The translations under genes were made by a program, and so were the position numbers. This document shows, one piece after another, positions 41,374 to 55,500 of a stretch of DNA of 64,000 bases. The notes beneath the pieces are model-generated. The model ran no database searches. It saw nothing but the letters and a program-made list of their open reading frames with translations, and was not told the DNA's origin. The number at the start of each line of letters is the position of its first letter. Positions within the stretch are counted from its first letter, which is position 1. Source of the stretch: Cycas panzhihuaensis (Eukaryota; Plantae; Cycadophyta); assembly GCA_023213395.1 (NCBI GenBank), contig CM041465.1, forward strand, positions 192,517,741 to 192,581,740. Direction: 5' to 3'.

Positions 41374-42110
41374 ATGTGTGCACTCCAATGCACCTCAATA
41401 TCAAATGGAAGGTTTCGATGGTCCAACATAACACATAGGATATGCGGCGAACAACCTTAGCAAGAGCCTTGTTACATAGTTGTTGCAACAATTTACGCCA
41501 CAAAACATGGTAGGCAAACTCTATTAATGCATCAAACACCTCCATATCTCGCATCACAAGATTATTCTTCACCTACAACCCGCCTTACAGGATACATAGG
41601 ACATCCAACTCTTGTTTCATGTGTGCACTCCAATGCACCTCAATATCAAATGGAAGGTTTCGATTGGTCCAACATAACACGGAGGATATGTCATGAACAA
41701 CCTTAGCAAGGGCCTTGTTACATAACTGTCAGAACAACTTCGCCACAAAACATGGCGGGCAAACTCTATTAATGCATCAAACACCTCTATATCTACATCA
41801 CAAGATTACTATTCTTCACCGCAACCCAATCTTACGGGATACATAGGACATCCAACTCTTGTTTCATGTGTACACTCCAATGCACCTCAATATCAAATGG
41901 AAGGTTTCGATCGGGTCCAACATAACACGAGAGGATATGTTGCGAACAACCTTAAAGGGCCTTGTTACATAGTCGTCAAGAACAACTTCGCCACAAAACA
42001 TGGCGGGCAAATTCTATTAATGCATCAAACACCTCCATATACGCATCACAAGATTATTCTTCACCGCAACCCAATCTTACGGGTACATAAAACATCCAAC
42101 TCTTGTTTCA
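41374..42110 (-). repeat. Three ~245-bp tandem copies of a decayed Copia RNase H segment
   Basis: Unit atgtgt(g/a)cactccaatgcacctcaatatcaaatggaagg...catccaactcttgtttc starts at 41374, 41619 and 41867. Minus-strand DMEVFDALIEFAYHVLWRKLLQQL resembles EAEY.AL.E....WL..LL; adjacent EDSNSGIA...FMNKTYKQYDL resembles DSQSAI...FH.RTKHID. Confidence 0.75.
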
Positions 42111-43127
42111 TACTATGACAAAGGCAGAATTGATTTTAAGGCTTCTCATCATAGACCTTTCCATTCACACTTCAATTTTATCACAAGTACACTATCAATT
42201 CTACATCGACTTGTTCGAGATATGCACACAAGTTGAACTAGGATCCAACAGCAATAAACCCTCATGCTAATACCATTGCAATCACCCAAAGTTTAACGGT
42301 TTGCCAACAAACTAATAACCATTTATACAAACAAAGCCACAAACCGCAATTTTGAACCACTTCACTATACACACTTGATGTAAGAATATGCAATGATCAA
42401 TAACCACAAACAAAGTTTGCTTCGCCTTGCAACTTAGGTATACTAATACAACTCGTCCATTTCTCACCCTTCTATCAATCAATAAAACACAACAACTCTC
42501 ACCCATTAATCATGCCCCTTCTCCCTATTAAACATGCTCTATTATCAATTAGTGAACTCCACTATCTTCATAACTTCGCCCAATAAACTCTACCATGTAA
42601 CCACAAGCAAATAGTCACTCACTTTGCCATTCAAACATTGCCTCATTCATGCCTCATATCACCATAAATATCACCAATTAAGAGTGCAAAATAAACACTA
42701 ACTTTGCCACTAAATCATCACCATATATACATGTCACATAATGCCATCAAACTCAAGACATAATAGAAAGAATACATGCCCACTAGCACACAACATGGCA
42801 CCACATCCAATTATACCAAAAAGGTGATTTAATATATCTAAGGCTAAATATCAAATAAAGGGCCACTTAATATATTAATCAACTCCCAACTTTATGCATG
42901 GACAACCTTTCTTAAATATATCAAAGTAATTTAAAAATGGAAGAATGATATCATAAGGGCGACTTCATATAATGCGACTTAAATGTATATATATCAAAAT
43001 ATATATTAATCACAAAATATCGACAACTTGATTATTCACAACCGCAGATTATTTCAAAGGATGGTTGAATATTACAATGGAGATTAATATATCAATCCGT
43101 GCAAATAAAAATTCATCTAGTTGAGGC

Positions 43128-43128
<1 letters not shown>

Positions 43129-43165
<37 letters not shown>
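43129..43165. repeat. (AT)n microsatellite
   Basis: Directly visible. Confidence 0.97.
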
Positions 43166-43169
<4 letters not shown>

Positions 43170-43949
43170 CAACAAAAAAAATCAAACCACGATCAAATAT
43201 ATTCTCTTGCGACTTTATCAAATGCAAAATATAACGACGATTTCAAAATAAATTCATAATGGCAATCTTCATATATTATCTCACACGACTGTATATAATG
43301 GCAAACATTGATGGATGATGATTAAATCATCACGCAGCAATTGAATTCTCAATCGTAAATATTTCCCACAAAGAAAATCAACAACAAGCGATTTAAATAA
43401 TCGCATTCAACGAAGGGTAGGCCATTATATGATATATTAGGTGATCAATAATACAACAAGCGAATATATATTATATACTATGCCTTTAATTAATCAAACG
43501 AGCAAATAGAAATTATAGAGAATAATCGTAGTTTGGTGACCTACGACCACGCACTTATGCAACAATCGAGAAACACTCTAGATCGATCTTTGCATCCTCG
43601 ATAATCTCACAATCACTACGACTCACGAGGGTAGCTCCAACGTCAACGGTGGCATCAAGGGTCGCAACAAGCTCATCAATGACCTACAAACTCCATGGTT
43701 TCACTACAAACTTAGTGGCACTCTCAATAATTAGATCCGACACCTTCTACGTGGTCAAAGCAGCATCGGCGGTTATCACATTTTTACAAATCTATCATAT
43801 TACAATACAATGAACTTGATCTATATTTATAGATCATAAGTGTCTTGAATATACAATGACTTACATCATCGACTCATTACATCGTAATAATATCAATATT
43901 TTCCGTACAATAATTCACCACATTAATGTTAGTCAGAATGAAGATAATG

Positions 43950-45100
43950 TCACTCCAACAAAATCCAATTGGCAAAAGACTACCTATTTTTGTAATTCCC
44001 TAATGATTTATCAAACTAGGCTAAACAATTCAAGGGGACTTGGATTAGGCCAAGTAATACTTTCAAGTTCTTGAGCATTCTCTATAGGTTTCAAGTCTAT
44101 CTTAAAGACATGTGAGAATGTCTAATCAACAAGGTGGAAAAAAAAGCTTAACATGTTGAACTCCAAACCCTTGTCTCTTGTCGAGAGATACAAGGCTTGC
44201 ACCAAAGTGCTAGTTACCATGCATGTCTATAATGCTACTTGCAATAGGTGCATTAAACTACTCAAAACTATATACGTGGTCCCTCGATAAAAATAGGAAG
44301 GGTTCAATACAATGAAATAGGCTATGTTATTAAGAAAAAACCAAGGTGGGGTTAAGAATTATTGACAATAAGAAGCAAGGACTTGTGTTATGTGCCATAC
44401 GAATAGTCAATGCCAAAGAGGGTGATAAAGCCTGGAAAATTTGATCATACATAACCTTGGTTGGGTCTTACTCCAAGATCAACACCCTAATCTCTCTCTG
44501 CCACCATTAAGGTGGCCTATTCTTGTTTAGTTAAGAGCATATGAATTAGGACGCCTAGAAGAATTTCTTGAATTGGTTGGGGGATGAAGATAGAAGGGTT
44601 CTCTCTACTGGGGAACACTTCATTTGATGATTGCCCTACTTCATTAGGATGGCTATTGCTTGCATCAAAATCCCTAATGTAAAGTAAAAATGCTCAACAA
44701 TAGAGGTCCCAAGTTGGTCAAACAACTATTTGATTAGGCAAGAGGGAGGTGGCAATCATTGACTAATATCAAATAAGAGTTCTACACCAAAGGTTTAAAA
44801 AAGTTTATCTTAAAGGGAATCTAGAGTTGCTTTCTTGCACCATAGATAAAGTCTAGATACAAGTGCTTAGAGTAAATGGTGGAAGGGCGTAGAATTGCTC
44901 CAAATCTTTTTTAAACTTGTCCCCCTCCCATTTACGTAAGTCCCTCTCCCTTCCTTTGTAAGTAATTAGAATGCTTTAATAAGACCTGAAAATGCAATAA
45001 TAGTGAGGGAGCTTGGAGTAGAAGATTTGAAAGGTTGCAGCAAGCCGCTCTTGGACCCAAAAAGGCCTTCTTTGTTGGGTTTTCAATTCATATTTGGATG
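43950..45100 (-). mobile_element. Possible very decayed LINE ORF2 fragment
   Basis: Weak relics only (a KGLG-like motif near 44160-44210). Confidence 0.3.
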
Positions 45101-45997
45101 ACTATGAAATCCTAGGTGAACCAATTTAAGCACGTTGACCTAACTTATCCCATAAGAGGGCAATTAGAAACTTACGCATTTGTTTTGCTATTGTTTGTAA
45201 ACCAGGTCTACTTCGTCATGGATGCATGTGTCTAATAAGCTTGTCATCTCAAGGTTTTTGGATGGAATGTTGCACTTCTAGGGGATAATAAATCATTCTC
45301 CCAGACTTTCACTCTTGTTTGGGACATTCTCACGGTGAGGGTACCATAATGCATATGGAAACATAGATATGCTTCTTTTGGCGCTCAAACTCCTTTAATT
45401 ATTTTTTTATTGATATAACGCGGTCCATGGTATAGCTTGATTGTGCTCTACAGATTAGTATGCAGGCAGACAAGGTCCAAGTCGAACTCTCCCATCTCCT
45501 TGAGTTCATTGATCATTGGTGGTTAACACTATACACTGTGGGTCGGATGGCCCCTTAAACAGGAAGCTCCCATCACAATCTGAGCTTCAGGCCAAAGCAG
45601 GAGCAGGCCACAGTGACAACAGTCCCTACTGAGTCATTCTGGGGCAGATAACCCCTCTGGAAAGAGGGGTCCCTCCACCACAGCCCCTTTCCAACACAAG
45701 CCGGAATCGACCTCAGTCCCAGCAGCAACAACAGTCAGCCATAGATGAGCAATCCCACAGTCCACAACAAACTCAGCCAATTGAAGTAGGAGGATTGCCA
45801 TGACAAAAGTGATAACAAGGCAGCCAAGCTCCTGCCTCATGAGTCTTTGCTATTCTCCATACATCTGCTTCTGCTGGATCTTCTATATTTTATATTATAG
45901 CCCAAGAGAGCCGAGCTTTACGTTTTCTAATAATTTCAAGGACCATTCTTTCCCTACACACACAGACATATCCAAGAATAGAGATAAAGGGAATTAC

Positions 45998-46378
45998 CTT
46001 AAGCGCATGGGAGGCATTGTTAAGATCAATTTCCAACTGCGTCATACTTGAGGCCCCGCTGCGTTGAATGACAGCGGTCAATGCCATTATGGCAGCCACT
46101 GCTTCGGCAAGATCAGGTTTCTTACGCCAGTAATTAAACTCATCGATAACACTAAATGCCTTCACACTGCCATCGCATGGCGGGCTTCTGGTTTCGGCGC
46201 CTGGGTCACCGGCAGCCTCGGCCTGTGCAAGCCAATCCCATGTGACCGTCGCGGTTTGGCGACCTGCAGGACCCTCGTCGCACGCACAAGGATTATAACG
46301 AGAAGCATTCCCGCTGGGTTCGTCTCTGTTCAGACTCGGATGGTTGTCCACCACAAACGATGCTGACTTCCCCCACAT
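45998..46378 (-). CDS. First coding exon (127 codons) of a translation initiation factor eIF2B subunit alpha-like gene; possibly an orphan or pseudo-exon
   Basis: MWGKSASFVVD...DWLAQAEAA...FSVIDEFNYWRKKPDLAEAVAAIMALTAVI...LEIDL..AS.ALK matches plant eIF2B-alpha N-termini (MWRRS.SF.LD; DWLAQAQAA; VI.EFN.WRKQPDLAEAVAAIRAL). Followed by a phase-0 donor AAG|GTAATT at 45997. Confidence 0.88.
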
Positions 46379-48041
46379 TTAGTGTGGAGTCCTGCTTACT
46401 GCGATTCTATTTCTCCCACCTACGGACCGAACCTGAGCTCCTGAACTAACAGTCGCTATTGTAGCTTATATGGTTCTAAATTTTTTTGTATGTTCTTTTA
46501 AAGGTTGGTGGAAATATGAAACGATACGACTCTACATCACCACCACCCAACCATGGTGCATGGATTACTACTTTCATAACTTCCTTTTCTTTATGGTTTC
46601 CTAGGGAAATGGACCACGAGTTTGTTGTGGCAATGTGAATATGCAACACCATTTTAGAACATTACATGCACGTGCATGATGCTCAAGTAGAAAATGGCTA
46701 TATTCTTCTTCTGCTTCTTGTTTAAAAATTAATTATTTAAAAATAGTGTAAACATATAAAATTTGAGAGATATTAGTATAAGGAGTTTAGAAGTTGTAAG
46801 AAACACTAAATGGCAAGCATGATCCATATAAAAACCATAAAGCAAAGCAAGTACTATGTGAAAAAATGGAAGAAACAAACACATAAGCATGTAAGAAGCA
46901 CATAGGAATAAACCTACTAACATAAACAACGTTTAATGTCTCATAAAATTTTAACATTTGTAAGAGATGGGAAGAATGATTATTCCTCGATAATGAGACC
47001 ATATCTTAGAGACATGAATTATGTGAGGAAGTGGCAATTGTAGAGAACATGTGATTATTGTTATAATAAACCAAATGCTTACATTAAGAAGTAAGGAATT
47101 TAAAATGACGACTATCAATTTAAAAGCATGCTAGATCCTAGGCATTAATACAAATAACAACTATTCACATCAAACATTTTGGGTTACAAGTGAATATTAT
47201 TCCTTGAATAGTATACAAGATGATGAGATAACCAAACGTGAACAATTTAACCTTATTATACGTGGGAGATCAAAGACAATTTAAATCACATAGTATATCA
47301 ACAAACATAGTGATTACTCTAGGTATTTGAACTTCCAAGCTCTAATTACTTAAGCAAAGGCCTACTAGGTAGGTGCTAGATCAAGGCCATGAGAAACTCA
47401 TGCACCTTTGAGAAGAATAAGTTAATGTTCAAGAAACAAAGATATAAAATCTACATCTCACTAATATCTTGTTATGATAATATAATTAAAGGAGAAATGC
47501 CATTAATGATTTTACATTACTAATTATTATAAACAATGATATAAATGATTTAATTGCAATATATTATCATAGGTGATGAATGCCTTAATCCTATAGTGGA
47601 TGGTATTTTACACCTTCACTAAACATCTTCATATGGGGAGAATATGAATGAAGAGATATTATAATAAGGATGTGTTGTATAAACTCTGGTGTATAACAAG
47701 GAACTACTATGGTGGTTAAGATATACTTGACCTACTTTTAAAAAAAAGGTGCAACATAGCATCCATTTAGGGTTACACAGTAATTCCATAGATAAATAAA
47801 AGAAGAAATACTTGAGTATTACCAAATATTAAAAGTTGGAAGCAATACAATAATAATAAAGACACCAAATTATATAAAAAAGAATGAGTACTAAAATGAT
47901 AGCAAAAATATGTCATTACATAAAAAATTGAATTAATAACAAATATGATAACTTCTAACATAATGAAATAGTATCGAATAATGTGATATATCTCTTTTAA
48001 TAAGACATCCATAAGATAGTAGAATATCTAAAATGACTATT

Positions 48042-49738
48042 TGTAAGAAAATTCACCAAAATAAAAAATACGAACACACCAAATTTATCAAGTAGAATTG
48101 GTCTACCTTCAAAACTTTTCGTTTATTCAAAATGATTGATGATAAGATGTTATACAAATGTGTATAATTTGGGATCAATAATAGTCCATAAATGACCTAT
48201 AACAACCTTAGCACTTGTCACCACATTTGGTGATAACCTATAACTCACAAATTATTTTGAAGACTCACTGTTAACCACTAAGACTTGTAACTTAATAATG
48301 TAAACATTAATTTTAACACTCTCTCTTAATGTTTACATCATTGGCTTTGACATTAATATAAAATTTAAACTTGTCAAAATTGAGTTTAGTTAAGGGTTTA
48401 GTGAAGATATTTATCAATTGCTCTTCAATAGGCTTATACAAAAGTTGAATCTCTCCATTTTAGATCTATTCTTGAATGAAATAATAATACATCTCAATGT
48501 ATCTAGTGTGAGCATGGAACACTAAATTCTTAAAAATCTTTAAGATACTTTGATTGCCACAATATAAAGTAGTTGTCTCATTCTAATGAACTCCCAAATC
48601 ACCAAGGACCTTTGTCAATAAAATACTCTTATAAGTTATTGCAATTATAGCTTTATACTCTAGTTTAGTAGATGACAATGAATTAGGCTACTTTTGCCAA
48701 CTCTAAATAATAATAACAAAACATAAATCGAACCAATACTCTAAAGTGGACCTTCTGTTATTAGTACATCTAGCCCAATCAAAATCTAAATACCATTCTA
48801 GCCTAAAATTATAGGCTAAACTTTAATCCATGGTGTAGAGTTCTCTACAAATATTTAATAATCCTCTTTACAGCTTCCTAATAACTCTACTTTAGCTTTG
48901 TTATGAATCTTAATAGCATATTAACTATAAAAGTTATATCAAGCCTAGTTATAGTCAAATAAATCAAGCTACCAATTAATTGCCTATATATATGCCATCT
49001 ATTTGGTCTCCACCATTTATAGCTGTTAATTTTGAATATGTATCTAGAGGGATTGGAGCAAGTTTATAGTCTCCCATTCTAAATTTCTTCAAAATCACCT
49101 ATGCATACTTAGCTTGTAAAATCATGATTTTTCTAGGCTTCTACCAAGCTTCTACTTCTAAAAAGTAGTTAAGTAGTCTAAGATCTATTATCTCAAAATT
49201 TCTCTTGAAATCATTCTTCAAGTTTTCAATCTTTGAAGTATTATCACCAATTATTGTAAGATCATCCATATACAAAACCATAAAAATAACTAAATATTCA
49301 CCTTCAACTTTAATATACAAGCTTAGATTAATTGTTAATCTCCCAAACTTATTATTCAAAAAATATTGATCAATATTAGAATACTAGGTTTTTAGAGCTT
49401 ACTTTAAGATATATAAAATTTTCTTCAAGTGGCACATGAGATTTTTTTCTGCCTTTTGCTACATATCTAAGTGGTTGCTCTAAATAGACTTTCTCCATAA
49501 GATCTCCATTCAAGAATGCACTATTAACATCAAGTTAGTGTAACTACCATTTGAATTAAGTAGTTATTACTAATATAAGTTTAATTATCATTATCTTTGC
49601 TACTAAAGAAAATGTCTCCTCATAGTTAATATCTTTTGTTTACTTAAAACCCTTCATTATAAATCTAGTTGTGTATTTATCACTTGATTCATCTAATGTA
49701 AATTTGGTCTAATAGACCCATTTACATTTAATTACAAG
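48042..49738 (-). mobile_element. Copia 3' half: RT-RH, PPT and 3' LTR (48042-48318); host of the Gypsy insertion
   Basis: Minus strand VIKCKWVY.TKF, LDVNSAFLNGDL, VLYMDDLTIIG, HAHTRYIEM.YYFIQE. PPT aagagagag precedes TG at 48318. Confidence 0.88.
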
Positions 49739-52563
49739 TGTTTCAATCAACAACGTCTTCTTTTGACATTAGCAAATGCTCTTGCTTTATCTCATTTATT
49801 GCTGGGACTTATTTTTATGAATGTATTATGAGTTAATAGATTGCTTGGCATGAAAATTAGATGATTGCATTCTCATTACACTTATGCTTAATTATTACTA
49901 CCTATGATGCAAAGATCGCAAAAGTTCTTACTAAAATGGCATACTCCAACTTCCACCAAAGCTCAGCTCCATATTACACTATTTTATCATCCCTTGTTTG
50001 ATATTTCTTCATCCAATAGTCATTGTTAATCCTCAAATTCCTAGCTTCACTCTATTTTACCCTTTTGATAACCTTATAGTTCACTTTTTTAGCAATTATT
50101 ACCCTTGTTCTTTTTTTTTTTTTAAGGAATTATTAGTTTGCCATCACTTTTTGGTTTGTCACATTTTACACTATAGGTCACATTTTTGGTCCTACCTAAA
50201 AACACAACTTACTTAATAAATACGATCTTTGAGTTAGTCATATTTTTAGTACTTTTATATGTCACATTTTTCACTATAGCTTACATTTTTTTAGTATAGA
50301 TCATGTTTTTCACATTTCTATATAAAAAAGAATAATAATAGCAAGTCATTTTTTCCCATCATATGGATATTAGTTTGCAGGAAACTACAGCTCCATCTTC
50401 CCCTAATTTTCTCACTTCTTCCTCCTATTCTTTAACCTATAAATCTCACTCATCTTCTTAAGAAAGTAAGAGAGAAATTTGTGTAATGAGGTGTTGTTAG
50501 ATTATCACCCCAACCTTTGTGACTTCTATCAACCCAGCTTGGTATGATTTTGGAGCTTAAAGAGCTAACATGGCGGTAAGATTTACAAAGCTAAAAACTA
50601 CACCTCTCTAACTTTAGCTTATTTCTCTTCTTATTCCCCTTCTCCTCCTCATATTCCTTCTTCACTCTCTCAAGCATACTTTCTCCTTCTTAAGGGTCTT
50701 TATTTCTCTTATTAAAATGTATGCTTGTTCACTCTTATGGTAATGAGTATGTTGGCTTGTAAGGTGGATATCTAGAGGTGTTGAAATAAATCCTCCTAAT
50801 TTTTTCCTTGGTTTCTTTTTTTAGTGTGATTTTATTTTTAAATTCAAGTTTAGTTTTCCTTTCTTTTCCCTTTATAAGATAAAGGAATGATACTCTCAAG
50901 ATTGGAGACCTTCCCTCTCAAATTAAGAAAGCTCACTAAGAAAGCCCTAGTGCTAATGAGCTTATTAGTAAAAGAGGAGTCTCCCTTGTAGAGTGAGACC
51001 TAAGGAGGTCTTGGACTCTTTTTCCATAGAGTTTTGAGCCTCTTTATTCCCTCACCCTTGCTTAATTCTTATTGCCTTTATAGACATTAAAAAAAAGAGA
51101 AAAAAATAAAGATGTAGTGTAACCAGTAGGTGCATGTTTATCTTTTGTTTGGGCTATTAGCACTAGACACATTTGGTACTTGCTTTTATTTGCTTAAAAT
51201 AATAATCAATATCCTTCTATGTATATTAGTGAATTATGACAAGAAGTAAACCTCTTTTAATTACACCTTCACATTGAAAAGAATATGAGGCAACCCATTC
51301 TTTAGTTATTATTTTCTTTCTTCTTCTTCTTTTGGCTCAAAAAAAAATTTGAAAGAAACAAGTAAGAGTCTCTTTAATAGTCCCATTGTTTAGCTTCAAG
51401 GCTTTGAACGGATTTCTCTTTTAAGTAGCAGAGATAAATGTAAGAGCATTTTAAAGAACCGATTATTTTTTTTTTAGATGTATGTTGGGCATAGGTGAAT
51501 ATCATTTTAAACAACAAAAAGAAAGAAAGAAAAAAAGTAAAGGGTATATATGCATAGGTACATTAGATGAAGTCATATTAGCCTAAGTTAATTTTCTTTT
51601 AGTATTTTATCTGATTGATTGTTTCTTGTCATTTGCATTCAAAAGAAAATTATATCCTAAATCTACATTTAGGGATTGATTTATCTTGTGTGATCCCCCT
51701 AAGTTAGGTCTTATCCCTTTATTTAGGACTCGCTTGATCACTTAAGACTTAATATCCCTAGTATATAAGCTCGTCCTCTCTTAGGGGTAAATACCTCCTA
51801 TTGCTAAAGGACTTTTGATCAACTAGGACTTGATACCCTTGACATATAAACCTCATCTTCATCAAGATTGATTTTTCTATCATGTTCTACATAGTAGAGG
51901 TGTTGACTTGCAATCACACTTCAGGTTGAGAGTAACCCTGTCTTCTCCCCTACATTCACCTTTAAGTGCAAGAACTCGTTAAAATTAGATGTGGACATCC
52001 TTAAACTATCCATCCTCATAGGTGGATCATCATCAAGTGAGAGAGTCCCTAATGATTGACCCCCATAGGGTCATTAGTCTAAGGTCTAAGCTCTCCTGGG
52101 TCCTTGCACTTATCAATCCCCTTGTGCGTTAGCTACATCATCATAGATTATTTTCCTTTTAAGTGTGATAATGGTCTAAGTTAGGGCATCATCTTTAGAG
52201 AGAGATTATAGGTAGATGAAAAGGAAAGCTTAGGACATTTATTAGGTATGGACTCCCATGATCCTTCCATATATTAGAAGTTTATTTGTTATGTTCCCTA
52301 AGCTAAAGGAGGTCTTATTTGTGTTGTTTGCTTGATTTGGATTATCATATTCATTGCTTGATTTAAGTTTGTTATGTAAATAGTAGAATAAATAAATACT
52401 ACTTTGATCTTTCCACTTACTAGATACATGATTATAGAGTCATCCCTTCTCCTTCAGGAAAGGGTCGAGGATCCACTCAAGTCATTTCACCTTTACCCCC
52501 TCTCCTTTATAAGAATCATTCACCCAAGGTCTCATTGGTGACTTGCCTCGAGATTTGATATCA
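49739..52563 (+). repeat. 5' LTR (~2.8 kb) of the Gypsy element
   Basis: TGTTTCAATCAA...GATTTGATATCA, followed by a decayed PBS-like tagtgacca. Clearly diverged from the 3' LTR and has an extra ~150-bp segment (~50580-50720). Confidence 0.85.
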
Positions 52564-55500
52564 CTTTAGTGACCATTTTGGTGAGCTTACCTAAGCTTCT
52601 TATTTAAATGATTACTCCCTCTTATCATTAGAGCCTTTCTTAAGTTGTACCTACATGCATTCTTACTCATTTACCTTTCTTTTTTCCATCCACACAAAAC
52701 CACCTTCATCTATCACACCTTAGTTTTCCATTTATATGAGGATTATTCACTTGCTTTCTTTATGTCTCACTTTCTTTATGGATCCCTTTTGTACCTACCC
52801 TAAGTTATCTAGGAGAATTTTAGGCCTTCCCATTAAAATGCCCATCCTCATCTTCTTGAGCTACTACTCTCACACTTCTTGAGGGTTACAAGATTTCAAT
52901 TACTGACCTCAATACTCCAACTATATGTCTAGACATTACCAATTTGTTTAAGTATAAGAAAAATCCACTCTTATACAAGGTCCCTATGAGATAAGTGTTT
53001 AACTCATTTAAGAATGCATCTTTAAAATGAACTCATATGGCTTTATACAACCATTATGTGGATCACAAGAGGCCCAACCCTTATAATGAGGGATATGGGG
53101 CATTCATGACACACCCTCCTCCCATGACAACACATCCCTTTGAGCAAGCTATAGGTGTTATTGCCTTAACTTATGTTTACTCATATACCATTGCCCATGA
53201 GGGAGGGGACCATATGGATTCTTTTTATCCCTCCTCATTAAGCATCCACCCCAATAATTATGCTTTATGTCCTTAAGCTATATCTTCCATAGTTCAATAA
53301 TTTACTCCTCTACTTGAAACTTCTTAATTAGGTCCCATGGGGGACCTATTCTCCCTACTTATGATATTAAGCCTAGTGTTTTTTTCTCTCATTGGCCTAC
53401 TTATTCTTTATTACTTAGAGGGGTTCATCCATCTATTAGAGGTGCCCATCCTTCATAAGGTAACCCCTTCACATAAGTCATCTAAACATAGGAAACTCCT
53501 ACTTATTTTCCTAGCCCTCAACTGCCTTCACATGTCTTCCCCATATCATTACTCCATCCAAGACTAGTTAAGCCCATATAACCTTCTTACATGTTGAGTA
53601 CAGGCTAACAAGCCCTACAGTTATGTGCCATGTATCCTTGCCATGATCCCACTGCTTCTTATAGCCAAACATCTATATTCAATCAATAGGATTGCATAGG
53701 TTAACCTTCTCGCCATGGACTGTATGTTTGCCACACATCTTAATATCTAAAGGGCCTTATCTATAGGGGGTATCTGCTCCCTACATTCCCATTGGACCCT
53801 CCTTTAGACTTATAGGACCTCCTCCTCATCCCTTATATCTTATAGACCTCACTTATGCTATAACACCTAGATATCCTCACCCTACCTAAATTGTTCCTTA
53901 ACTACCCTCATCCTTAAGGGCTAGAAGGTCATATGTAGATTACAAAAGAAACCTCTACCCACATGAGATCCTTCTTTATTCACTACTTCCCTTCATACTT
54001 AGACCACCTAAGTTTGCAGATGAGTTAACCCAAGACCTAATAGCACATGTACAAGCCTTTACACTTGCATGAGCTAACTACTTACCTTATGATTATGTGA
54101 TGATGTTACTCTTTCCCAAGACCTTTTAAGGTGACACTCTAAAGTGGTTTTATCAATTGAAGCCATCATCCATCTACTCCTTCTAGTAATTGGTTAGCAC
54201 TTTCATTAGCTACTTTGATGTCCTTTTGAAATTAGGACCAAAGCCTTACTCTTCATCAAATAGGAAGTTGTAGAGTCTTCCTATGACTTTGTTTGTCACT
54301 TTTAAGACTTGGTCCATGCTTCTTCTCTTTGGATGATGACCTACTTTGTGACTTGTTCATTAGTGCCTTGAGACCCCTAGTCCACCTAGAGCTTTTTAAG
54401 TTTAGGCCCACTTTTTATGAGGATGTGATTGAGAAATGTTTAGCTTTTCAGGTACTTGAAATCTTATTAGGGATCAAAAAGTTGATGAAACTCTCTATCT
54501 CTAAGGATAAATTTGGTCTATCTTCGAAACCTAAATCTTTTAAGGTGATTGTATCTATGATAATCTTACCTCTGCTATTCAAGCCCTTAAAAGGTTAATC
54601 AACACTAAGTTGCATATTAACTCTTCCCTTGCTACCAAAGTTAAGAAGGAAACAAGAGTTGTCCAATTTGTAGAGTCAAAGAAAGGCCAAACCCCTACCC
54701 TCCTCCTCCTAAGAAAATGTCATGGTGCTCTTACCACCAAATTGATATATGTGAATGGAAAGATTATAACAAGTTTAAGGCCATGTTTCACTATGGTCAA
54801 ATCGATGATAAGCTTACATTTCGATCGAATCATGATTATTTGAGCCATAAAGACCCACTACTCAACCATACTAAGAAAGGTCTTAAAGATAAGGGAAATG
54901 CCAAATCTAGAGATATTAGGGATGACTCTGATTCAGATACTCATTCCTTGAGTAAAAAGGCCTTCTCCACCTAAATGGGACCCTAAGAAGGATAATGCTC
55001 AAACTAAACCTCAACCAAGAGAGGGAGAATCTAAAAAGACCATTAACATGGTGGAAGCAATTAAATCTCTTTCATCATCTAAACCTATCAATGAAGACCC
55101 TCTATCTAAAGATAAACCATAAGATGCCCTTGCATAGTTACTAGTTAAACCCATGATTTTAGGTCTAGCCCACAATATACCAAAGAGGATTCTTTTCCTC
55201 TTGTTAAGGAATTAGAGACGATTTACACTGGAATCTCAATCATGGACCTTCTCAAGAGCTACCCTAATCAAAGACAACTCCTCCTTGATATTCTTGGGGT
55301 GTGTGAGGCCTAATTCACTTGGCAAACCTAATTTAGTCTTCGGTCCCACAACATTGCCTAGGGAACAAGAAAGAAATCACAATGAAACAACCCCATTTTA
55401 CATTGAGACCATGAAGGAAGACATTAAGATCAAAAGATGTAATGTGGATGAGGCTTCTTTGGTCAATGTTATACCTTTATGCCTTTAGAAAGACCTAGAG

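Noticed and set aside
41374-42110. CRISPR-like array
   Set aside because: Eukaryotic context; contiguous 245-bp units with no unique spacers and no cas genes.
45634-45840. Small secreted peptide ORF (MRQELGCLVITFVMAILLL...)
   Set aside because: The hydrophobicity is explained as antisense of CAA/CAG-rich sequence, and no family motif is recognised.
45890-45997. C-terminal 35 aa of ORF 45890-46378 as coding
   Set aside because: Homology ends at a canonical GT donor; this is intron read-through.
47315-47380. tRNA or SINE-like sequence on the minus strand
   Set aside because: Only a weak B-box-like gttcaaatacc; no cloverleaf, tail or TSD.
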